From the NCBI GenBank assembly GCA_012026655.1, contig JAAILG010000504.1, positions 1-64,000 on the forward strand: a DNA stretch of 64,000 bases. Direction: 5' to 3'. Below, piece after piece: positions 53,701 through 64,000 of the stretch. The position numbers and the translations under genes were made by a program. This DNA is from Hydrolagus affinis. Taxonomy: Eukaryota. Position 1 is the stretch's first letter. Each line of letters starts with the position of its first letter. Under the pieces are notes generated by a model. That model was not told where the DNA came from. It saw only the letters and a list, made by a program, of their open reading frames with translations, and searched no databases.

Positions 53701-56700
53701 ATACGTCACTGCTTAACTATCTATGCTAAGGACAGCACTTTAAAAATGCAGTACTTCCCCCATATTTCATATTAGTTGTAAATATCATGGCATTTACACA
53801 CACAAATCATCTAGATCATCTATTGCACCACATACAGAAACAACTCAATGAACTTCCAATTTGGTGAGGTCATTTTCTTACCCTGCGTATTCCTATGAGT
53901 AGGTTCTATATTTGGAATTTGTCATTGAGCAGTATTTGCAGTCATGTGCACATTTCAGCAACTGGAAGCAAAATGCACTTCCTAATGCAAATCAGCTATT
54001 TTTAAGCAATAACATTTTGACCCTGGAGATTATAGACATTTAATGAACTTTTAAGCTCTCAAAGGTTGGAGATGCCGGAATTAGATTCCCACATTTGCTT
54101 CAAATTAAAATGTGTAAAGTGAGAGTTCTATAGTGGAGAATTAAATTTGAAGCAGTTGACAAGAATGAATCCAGCAATTCTAGCTATAGTATAGGATATG
54201 TTCCCGTTTCATTCAATGATCCAAAATAGCTTGTGAGTTTTCAGACTAGAATTTGATTGGATTTTGGTTTCATAACACACTTTCCTTTCTTTCCCCAGTA
54301 TGAATTAAAGATGAGCTGCCCTCGCATTGAAGGGGAGGAAAAGATTTCCAGTGACGAACTGGAATGCAAAATTTGCTACCAAAGATACAATGGCCACAGT
54401 CGGAAGCCCAAGATCTTGGTTTGTTTGCACAGAGTTTGTGTAAGATGTCTGAACAAAATTCTCGACATAAGTGACAGCACCCACAGCATTAGCTGTCCGT
54501 TTTGCCGCCATGAAACCGAAGTCCATGAAGATCAAATTGCTGGTCTCCCTGACGACGCAAACATCATGTCCAAACTTCTGGTCAGGGAAAGACCAACGTG
54601 GAATTCAGACTCCAAAGAGGTAGTTTTGACACCCAAAAATTTGACTTCTTCCAGTCCAACCCATGGGTCTTCTAATTGTTTAGTTATTACCATAATGGAG
54701 GTGCAAAGGGATTCCCCAAGGACTCCAAACAGGAATAACAACTCTGATTATTACTCACATCGCAGTCTTGACTCACCATCCATTACATCTCAAAGCCGAA
54801 TTGATCAAGACTTGTTCTCTAAAGTTTGTAATCATGTACCAAAAATACTATTGTGGTTGCTGGGCTTTTTCTACTTTGGCTCATTACCTCTTGGAATTTA
54901 TCTTCTAGTGATCCAGAAAGTGACCCTGGGGATTGTGAGCCTCAGTCTCGTTCCTTCCAGTCTGACTGTGTGCTTGGTCTATGGATTTTGTCAATGCCTC
55001 TGTCAGGGTATATGTGATTGTTCACCCAGAAGCTAATTGGTACTGCCGAACAGTTCAGCAAAGTCACAGATTCAGCAAGAACCTGAAGTTGATGTTTGTG
55101 ACTGCAGGTATCTGGAGAATAAAATAACTGCTGACTTCAGATCCGGTTTTACATTTTGTTCTGTCGATACATCCAATCGATAATTCAATATCAATGCTCC
55201 TCAAAGAGAAAAATATATTTTTTAATCACTATCTTTCTAATTGATTTTTTTGGATCATCAATAAAAACATTTTGGATTATTAAATGGTAATTAAGTTAAA
55301 TAAGAACGCATTTCCTTTTTTTTATGAATTCAGTAGATTAGTCATTTAGTCACCTGGAAAGCCCTGTTTATCTTAAGTGTGCTCACAGTTGGAATACAAA
55401 TATCACTACAGCTGTCCATATGGTATTCCATTGATACCACATGCTAAGTAACCTCAACATGTGGATCAAATGGCATGTACATTATCCTTTCACGATTGAT
55501 TAGTTATAGAATTTAAGTTTTTGTTCTAATCATATTCCTTATTTCAGTTTATGAAGAGCATCCTCAAAAATCAACAAATAACAACACTGGATGTGGCATA
55601 AAATTCCATTTTCATAATCAAATCAAGAACCAAATGCATCAAGAAAACTGAATTTATGTGTGTATGCGCCCTTCCCTTGTTGTTATGAACGTTATCTGTC
55701 AGTGTATAAATGTAAAGTCATATACATCAATTCCAATTTTTTCAATATTAACTTGTTGACTGTAACGCTGCTCAAGCAATCACCTGCTAACATAGTGAAT
55801 GGAACAGTTTCTCTAATAAAAGAGAAATCTGGAAGATCAGAGTTTACCAGTTATGATGACAGCTTATTTTCTGCTTCTCTGTATAGTTGCAATGGTACCA
55901 ATATTCATCTGTGTAATTGTTTGAGAGGCATTTCAAAGCATTTTTAGATCAGTAGTTTCCACATGCCTTGATGCATTTGCAATTACCTGAGCAATGTATT
56001 GAAAATTAGTTGGTTAATTGTGCAGTAAACTCTGGATAACTCGATGCTGGCTTAACTCATTACTATTACTTAAGTCGTTATGCCAGCAATCTCTCGGCGG
56101 CTTCCCATATAACCTATCACTAAGAGACATGGCTTTCCTCGTCACTCCACTTAACATGCTACTCGCCACATTGTGGAAATTATTGTAAGCAATTACAATA
56201 TAAAATAGGTCAGATAACTCACATATTTATATATATATATACACACACACACACAATATATGTGACTGGTGCGGGTGTTTGCTGGAGGTTGCATCAGGTC
56301 TAATGGAGGGTTGCGCTATGGCTACCCGCCCTCTCCTTTCACAGACCTCTGTGATGCACTGGAGAATACACATCCAACCTCCGCCGTGCACTAATACCCC
56401 GGTGTCACAGGTGCTCGGCTGAGATTCAGTACACACGCTCAGATCACAGAGGTTTCTGGTCTATTGCAGGGCTGTGCCAGGGCTTCCTGCCCTTCCCTGT
56501 GACTTGTACACTGTGCACTGTGGATATTTCTCACTATTAGTCATTGCTTTAGTATGTAAATGCTTTGTTGTTTGTGTGCTACTTTTAAAGGGGTTTAGGA
56601 CAGTGACATATTCAAATAAAACTAGAAAAAATATTTTCCATTAGAAATGTAGACTGCAAATTCCCATCAATAATAGAATGTTTGTGAAGTTAAAAATAAC

Positions 56701-59700
56701 TGTAAGAACGGATGTTCAAATCTGTAAACAGTAACTTTCTAACCCTTCTCTTGAATCCTGACTGAGACTTTACATTTATGCTGAGTCCAGCCAAATTGTC
56801 CCAAGACCTTTACCACATTACAGTATATATCTATCTCCATGAAAGAATACTTGGTGTCAAAATCTCAAAAGTTTCATGTGATTATGCAATGCATAATGCT
56901 TCGACAAAGATGGATTTCTGCATTCCAGAAACGGTGAACAGGCATTCCATTTCTGTGATTTATTTTGCAAACTAAACTTCCAACATCAACATCAAACTGT
57001 AATTTTTTTTAAAAAAAACACACACAATTGTTTTACCTCATCGATGTATCAAGTTAGAAATAATAATAATCCTTGCATTTGATATAGCGCATTTCATGTC
57101 TTTGAGACATCTCAAAGCGCTTGGACTCCTAACAGCCCGACAGAAGGCAGACAGACCAAATTCCCCATTTGCGTGCGAGTGTGTGTTAGAGAGACGGTCA
57201 GGAAAAACAGTGAATGTATCAGGGTTGATGCCCATGCAGTCAAATGACCTTACGGTAGCAGCACATCTCAAGCTTGTAATTGGACAGTGATAAAGAGCAG
57301 CAATGTTGTCCAATTTTCCCTTTCCTAAACCAAGAGAATGTATGAAAGATTCCTAACCCATAGCTCAGCAAAGATTGGTTTCTCAACCCTGGATACCTCG
57401 GCTATTATGGCTCAGTTTCTCATTGACTGAACAGTAACCATAATCAGTTTGTTTCATAACTAATCAGCATTTATATCAACTAGAGGTGCTGAGAAAAACA
57501 TCTCTCTCAGAAAAAAATGTACCATTTCCAAAGTTAGGCTGTCACTCTCTGTAACAATGTCATGTAAACATTACAATCTTTGATTTATCTTGTAGATTTT
57601 GCAAGATTTTACAAGAAAAGGAAAATGTATTCAAACAGATGCAAGCAAACAAAGTATCCACATTTTAAGGAAAACCAGAATTAGAGCATTTTAAACATTA
57701 ATGTAAGTTACTCTCCAGTTCTACTTACAGCAATCTTCAATTCCATGACTTACATATCGTATTTCTTATTACAATCAGAGCACCACCAATTTCCAAGCCC
57801 TGTAACCTTCAAAGGTGAGCCAATTATAATCGTCTATGTACTTCCATCCTGATGGCCATCTCAATCAGCAATACTTATTTCTGTACAAGCAGGCCTGATT
57901 GTGATTGATTGATTCATTCATTTGCTAAATTACAGCATTTCTCTTGCTGATGTTATAGACTCTTCCCCTCACAATGTTGCTCCTCTTCTTCAGCTGATGG
58001 CTTGCCTCTGTACTGTTGTTACCGTGAAAATGCTTCAAATAAATGAATATGAGCTGTCTGTGGCTACAAAAAAAAATGAACCGAATGATAGTTTAAGTTA
58101 TTGTAATTCAGGTGTGGATTCACATTTTAAATTTCACTACGGTTGTAGAAAATTTTCTGGTGAATTTGATGCTTGTAAAAGATGAAATGCTACCCTACAT
58201 GATGGGTGCTATATAAATGTAAGCTGCTGTCACTGTTGAGACATCAAATTTTCAGGGAAACTATTATTTTTACCTTTCCATCCAGTGTCAGCACCACCAA
58301 TCAGCCCCAAATCAGATGCAGACCAAAGCTTCCTGCGTACTTCACCAACGATGCACTTCAACCCCAAGTGTGTGCCATACTGTTCCAGGGACGCATTTCA
58401 TTTCCAGAATGGTCATCAAACTTCCTATTAGTTATGAACAGTGTGCCCACAGGAATTGTACTTAGAATGCTCAAAGTGGTTTGATATAGGGCTTCTGGTG
58501 CCACCAGAGAGGGGTTCTATCATCCTATCAGTTTGGCTTCAAGCCAATGCTCTAGAGATGAAAGGAAAACATTCCAACTCACAATGACATATAGTCCTTA
58601 GTTAGTGAAGGGTTGTTAATGTTGTAATGCAATTATTACTATTAAAATTTTGAAATAACAGAAGCAAATATTTAGATGTCTCAACACAGTGCAGCCTTTG
58701 TTATTACACAGTACAGTACTTGGAATAAAAAAAACACACTCCACATCAAAATGAGGTGCAATATTGGATTTGATTGCGCACATGCTGTAACAATGACCAT
58801 TTTTGTGGGGAAAGCAGGCTAGTTTGTGGAAAGCTGGCTTTCCTTCACATACATAGTTAATGGAGTTCATAGTGTAATAGTGCTTTAAGTGAAATTGTAC
58901 TATAGTGAAGCATGCTATAATGGGACTGCGCTGATTTCTAAACACGGTTCAAAACACATCATTACTTCCAGAATATTAACATCCTGCGTTGCTCAGTCAG
59001 TTGAGCTTGGAGTCAGCATCACCTTCCAGTATTTAAATCAGTTGCCTCAAGCACTTGCACTAAATTTGGATTCAACTTCACAATTTGGAAAATCATGCAG
59101 TGATGGAAGACAGATGTCATGAAAATCTGTCACCAGGAAAGCTATGTGACACTCAATTCAAAATGAGTCTGGCATCAATTCACCAGCTATGTTGAATTGG
59201 GGAGACTGCTACTTGAGATGTAATATTGTTGAAACCCGTGCAAAAGTATAGAGATGAAAACCATACATCAAAGTTAAGAGATTCAATAAAATGCAAAAGG
59301 AAAAACAGTGAAATGCAACGTATTAAAGTCCATCACTTCTTTAAAAAAAAGAAAAATTAATGAAACCACCAAACTTGCATTGATCGAGAAATTTTTTTTA
59401 CTTCCAAGCGCTGTTATCACTATATTTAAGGGGAAAATTGGCTATCCTCCGGGGGAAAGTCACATAACCATGTAGATACAGCATTTAGGGCTTCCTTCGC
59501 ACTCCAGTGAATATGAAAGCTAATTAAATCCTAACCTGAAGGGGTAGTGAAAGCGTTCATACAAAAATAGATTGAATTCAGTTTCATTTTCATGGTATGA
59601 GAGTCAGAAAGCAAATATGTATGCAAATCACATTACTGTGAGGATAAACGACCAATTTGCCTACATCAATCGCAACTTAGAAGTAAATTTTTCCAGCGTA

Positions 59701-62700
59701 AAATTACAATCTTTACATTTGAATTTTCTTTACTTTTATAGAAATAGAGAATTGTTTTACAGAAACTGAAAATGCAGCAGCCCCTAAGAGAATTAATCAA
59801 AGTTACCCAGTAAAATAGGATATTAATACAATTAAAATCTACAAATTGTCAGCTTCTATACTAATTTCACAGTCTTTATGAGAATCAGACTTATTTTGGG
59901 AGCATAATGAAGCTTTTTTTTAAATGCAGGCAAGCGTACCATGCCATAGATAATCTCTCCTGTCGCGAATTCTACTCCAGACATTCAATCTCCGGAGCAA
60001 ACATTTGGCAAAATTTCTCCATCAAACTTTAAATACAATAGAGAAAATTCCAGAATACTCATCCACACTTATATCTCAAGACGGCTGCTTTCTACTTGAG
60101 ATTTTTATATTTGATAGCAATGTAAGGACTATTGTATTTCATGATTTTTTTTTATCACAATCTACATTCATCTTGCTTATACACAGCTAGCTGGACCCGT
60201 TGCAGCTTTGCATGCAACCAAAGGATCCATTATGGAATGTAGATCGACACACACACACATTTCGTCTTTATTAGTTATAGATAATCATATCAAATTATAT
60301 ATCCCTGAATGAAATTATGTCCCTGACACTCCCCCATGAAAGACCTTTCGGATGAGGTATAACAACAACAAAAATACAACAAAATTATATTTATAGTTGG
60401 GAGGATATAAATTATGTCTCTACGTCAATCGGTTATTAAGTTCTTAGAGGACACACAGATATAGACATTACCTACAGACATTAATATACAGTCAATTCAC
60501 TTTACAGTATATTCTGTGATGCGCTTTGAGATGTCTAGAAGCGCTATATCAAAATGCAACGATTATTATTATTATTATTACTACCTCTTTATTAGTATAG
60601 TTGTCATGACTTGCCCCCGTTTCAGATTATTAATTATCACAATTTTGGAAGGAACTGCTAAATTCTCAACATGTACCTTGGATATGCATGTCTTAAATAT
60701 AACAATGAACTCTTGTAGTCATCAAATGTTATACCACAATGGAACCTCCTGTGCAACAATGGGAATCCGTACAGGTTGATGTAATACACTGTATATCTCG
60801 CCAAAGTATGTGGATAATATGGTTCATTACTTTCTCTCTAATTTACATTCCATGGTCTCACATCTCTGTTGTTATCGGTGATGTTTGAACCAACTATTCC
60901 TGACAATCATTGTAGACTTCTGACCAACCGGGCCTACGGATTGCGAATGCAACATCTAGATATGTCTCTGACAGAGGAAAGGAGAAGAGTCTGAAGATAA
61001 GGAAAAGTATTTCCATAACAACAACCATAAATTCCGCGGCAATGTTGTCACCCACAGATGCCGTCTCAACAGGGGTTCATTGAAATGATTGATTTGGCTT
61101 CTTTCTTCTTTGCTCAATTTAACTTAAAATGCAGCTGGGAGAAGACTGCACATTTCAGGATTGCACATCTTGTAAATATTTATAATATTTTCCTACTTGC
61201 TTTTGTGACCTGGTAAATCGTTCCAAGACACAAGTATTGGGACTATGTAAACTTCAGGTTCCCAAAGTAAATGATGAAATACTTTCACTAAGAATAATAA
61301 AAATGTAAATGTACAGTACTGTGTGCTCTGAATACTGAATAAGTATAAATGGCCACCTTGCTATGTTACTTTGGTGCAGCCTTTTCTCAACAAATGATCA
61401 GGAACTGTGCAAATTAACCTTCACAGTTGCTTTCTTTCCATTAGCATTTTAATAATTTAGAAGATCCAAGAAATAAACCCAGAAGGCAATTAGAACAACA
61501 TTTGCTAATCAGTAACATGCAGTTCAATATATGAATCAAAATTTAAATATCCCAATTTTGCTCCAAAGATGATTTTACAATTTTAACTAAGAAACAGTCG
61601 AGACATAAAATCAAGGAACAGTCAATCTATATTAATCATGTTGACTTTGCTGAGTAAGCAAATCTCAACTCGGACAGCTCATATAGCACTCATTACCTAG
61701 GATCATGCTTGAAAAATGGACACTTGACAAGTACCAAATAATGTCCAGAAACCAGTAGAAGAATTAAAGAACTCTAAATTGTCTTTCATTGAGGATGAGG
61801 AGAAAATTTGTGAGCAAGAGAGAAAAAAAATCCCTAAGAATATTCTAATTACAACTTGATCTCCAAATTCTTTGGAATTATTATAATGTTCAATTGATAT
61901 ACTTGCAATCAATTTGTCTAATTATACGAGTTATACATCCTAATGGAAGCCAGTATAATCGTGTTATCATCAACAGGAAACAATGAACAGTTCATAGCAA
62001 TCATAGAAACACTTCATTGGAAGTCAATTAATATCCAATATCTTTAATAAACATATTAAATGAACTAAAATCACCTTTAGTTCCAGTTCTGGTATGGATA
62101 CCATCAGAACCGAAAGACGTTAAACCTCGTCTGCTCAAGGTGTGACTTAAATCCATTCTTCACTGGCCTTACCAATGTTAAACATACTTTTGAAAAGTGA
62201 AGTCCATACCTTTACTTTCTCTTCCAATTTGCCTAGCCGGACATTGCCTGCCATTATTTTGTTTAATACTCCATGCTTTTCATTCTCCAGGCTTCTGGTC
62301 TAGAGTACAAAGGAAAAAGGAAGGGTTAAGGGCTTGGGCTGTTGAAAGCTTCAGAGGAAAAATAGGTGCAATGGACAAAAAAATGGGCAAGGCAGGCTTA
62401 AAAATATACATTCCTTCAGCAAATATGAATTAAAAATAGTTTCCAATAACATTATGGTATTAGAATCGTATTCAAAATTATTTAGGACTTTGGCAAATTG
62501 TTTTTCAAATTTAACACCATACAGATTACTAACATAGCATCACACCGATACAAAACAACGTGTATGAATCGATTCGCTTTGCAGTACATTCTGTGAAGCA
62601 CTTTCAGATGTCTGGAAGCCGTGAAAAGCGCTATATCAAATGCAAGTATTATTACTATTTCAAATCCATGACTGTTTGTGGGATACTGCTGTGTGCAATT

Positions 62701-63882
62701 GGCTTCCGCTTTTCACCCACAAATATACAGTCAATTCACTTTACAGTGCATTCTGCATGAACAGGAAAAGTTTTGAATTGAATCTAGTCTGAGGGAAAAT
62801 TTAAATACGTCATTTACCACATAGACAAGTTGGTCCCTCTCATAAGTGGTCTTTTCAGCCAGACTAATAATGTTCGCCAGGTACTGGTGAGCTGCTATTT
62901 CCTTCTCCATGGCTTCTTCAGTTTGTTGTTTCAGAAGACCAATCTTCTTCTGTGAGATCCTGTGAGACACATTTATGTTGAGACAGTTTAGTGAAAAATA
63001 ATATTTTCCAATACAAGACCCTTTTCAGGAAGGGCCAAGTCAGGAAGGTACATGCAACACAGCTTCCAGGTGGTTCAGTCGAGCAGGGACATGTTTTAAT
63101 TCTTGTACATGTCTTCATGATAAATGTTGAATGCACCCTGATCATCATTCATTTTAGTAGCTAATGGAGGATGTGTTAAAATTAATCAAATAACTGCACA
63201 ACAGCGGAGATTGACTGCCTTTCAAGTGAAGGTAACCTCCACAAAAGCAAACCAAGCATTTAAATCAAGAGTTAAGGTGTATCTCAGTCATTCATTTAGA
63301 AAATAATTGGTATAAAAAAATTTCCTTTCCCAGTAAATTCAAACTGTGGATCACGATTTAGATCTCAGTTTCAAACTGTCCCAGTAGAAAGCATTTGTGG
63401 CCAAACATATCATTAGTTATACAAACTCAAAATACTACAGATGCTGGAAATGTGAAACAAAAACAGAAATCGCTGGGAACACTCAGCAGGTCAGGCAGCA
63501 TCTGTGGAAAAAGTAAAGTTCTGATGAAGGGTCATGGACCCGAAACATTGACTTACTTTCCTTTCTCCATAGATGCTACCTGACCTGCTGAGTGTTCATA
63601 GCTATTTTATTATATTTTGTTAATATATAATATATTATCACAGTGCCTTGGGACATCCTCCCGACGTGAATGTAAAAATGTATAAATATAATTTGGTTGA
63701 TGTTGTTGTTATACCTGTTGGACTTCTTTGCTTCCTCCATATCTGCTTCTAAAGTTTTATTGTCAGCTGTCAATTCTGTCTTTTCTAAGAGCAGACTCTT
63801 TTTCTCAGCTTGAAGAGATGCAATTCTTCCCATCAGATCCTCAACCTCCACATGCCATTTTTCTTGCTCCACATGTAATTGT
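44736..63882 (-). CDS. CEP89: centrosomal protein of 89 kDa, last five coding exons (5'-partial)
   Basis: Exons (minus strand) 63882-63715 (168 nt), 62959-62818 (142), 62299-62210 (90), 51824-51655 (170), 45174-44736 (stop). All GT-AG and phase-consistent. Coiled-coil peptides EEAMEKEIAAHQYLANIISLAEKTTYERDQL, GNVRLGKLEEKVK and QVETELETVWESTARENRQIKDLL match the CEP89 C-terminus. Syntenic with SLC7A9. Confidence 0.92.
47590..47762 (+). mobile_element. SINE family A, 3' half
   Basis: Core and tail. Confidence 0.75.
49045..49240 (-). mobile_element. SINE family A, 3' half
   Basis: Core and tail on the reverse strand. Confidence 0.75.
49893..50315 (-). mobile_element. older, diverged full-length DeuSINE (SacSINE1/AmnSINE1-like)
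   Basis: tRNA-like head at 50255-50312. Extended Deu-type body (TCAGTTTAATGTCTAATCCAAAGA, CATGGGATCTTTAAC, CAGCCAATTTGCACAC) and an L2-like tail. Confidence 0.65.
52417..52516. other. assembly gap (100 N)
   Basis: Run of 100 N. Confidence 1.
54311..55036 (+). CDS. RNF182-like RING-HC E3 ubiquitin ligase with two C-terminal TM helices (241 aa), single coding exon nested antisense in a CEP89 intron
   Basis: ATG at 54311 follows a pyrimidine-rich acceptor (ttccccag| at 54298). C3HC4 RING: CKICY...CLHRVCVRC...CPFC. RNF182 signature motifs SSNCLVITIMEVQR, LPLGIYLL and SLVPSSL...YGFCQC. AATAAA at 55118-55123. Orthology versus paralogy to RNF182 cannot be settled here. Confidence 0.92.
   Translation: MSCPRIEGEEKISSDELECKICYQRYNGHSRKPKILVCLHRVCVRCLNKILDISDSTHSISCPFCRHETEVHEDQIAGLPDDANIMSKLLVRERPTWNSDSKEVVLTPKNLTSSSPTHGSSNCLVITIMEVQRDSPRTPNRNNNSDYYSHRSLDSPSITSQSRIDQDLFSKVCNHVPKILLWLLGFFYFGSLPLGIYLLVIQKVTLGIVSLSLVPSSLTVCLVYGFCQCLCQGICDCSPRS
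56225..56255 (+). repeat. (AT)n(AC)n compound microsatellite
   Basis: Seen directly. Confidence 0.85.
62570..62757 (+). mobile_element. two tandem family-A SINE fragments (tail followed by core)
   Basis: GTGAAAAGCGCTATATCAAATGCAAG followed by a second TCCATGACTGTTTGTGGGATACTGCTGTGTGCAATTGGC. Confidence 0.7.
63430..63600. mobile_element. Penelope-like palindrome (centrally deleted) with hammerhead-like core
   Basis: Arms GAACACTCAGCAGGTCAGGCAGCATCT / AGATGCTACCTGACCTGCTGAGTGTTC. Core CTGATGAAGGGTCATGGACCCGAAAC at 63521-63546. Confidence 0.75.
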
Positions 63883-64000
63883 CTACAGTGAAAAGAATTA
63901 TTCACATCACACGTAAAAAAAAGTGGCTCGACAGTCAAAATATACAGAGCAAAACCACTTTATAGTTTATCTGGTAAAGAGCTTATTATTACAGTAATAT

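Noticed and set aside
54257-54310. Upstream TTG start of the 259-aa ORF
   Set aside because: It spans a polypyrimidine tract and AG acceptor. Homology begins near the ATG at 54311.
56023-56560. Possible Tigger-like element starting CAGTAAACTCTGGATAAC
   Set aside because: No matching second TIR or TA duplication could be found.
1-64000. CRISPR arrays, operons, rRNA or other prokaryotic systems
   Set aside because: The sequence is intron-rich vertebrate DNA, and no regularly spaced repeat-spacer array or rRNA-like sequence was seen.

Overview
Vertebrate genomic DNA, AT-rich, with one 100-N gap at 52417-52516. The repeat content (shark-type CR1 3' ends, Deu-domain tRNA-SINEs, Penelope palindromes) suggests a cartilaginous fish; this is inference. 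The window holds the conserved TDRD12 - SLC7A9 - CEP89 block. It contains the 3' part of TDRD12 (+, 25 phase-consistent exons, stop at 16843), a complete SLC7A9/b0,+AT CDS (-, 12 coding exons, 499 aa), the last five exons of CEP89 (-), and an RNF182-like RING E3 ligase with a single-exon CDS nested antisense in a CEP89 intron. Most notable: (1) TDRD12 carries a ~500-aa in-frame insert encoding an extra extended Tudor domain plus ~5 Armadillo-like 42-aa repeats between the Tudor and CS domains, an architecture I do not recognise from mammalian TDRD12. (2) A heavily decayed LRR-TM-TIR (TLR-like) pseudogene, missed by the ORF track, lies between SLC7A9 and CEP89. (3) Penelope-derived palindromes carry minimal hammerhead-ribozyme motifs. 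(4) There is a solo LTR with a 4-bp TSD, TA-flanked MITEs and several nested insertions. All gene models were built by eye and have no RNA support.
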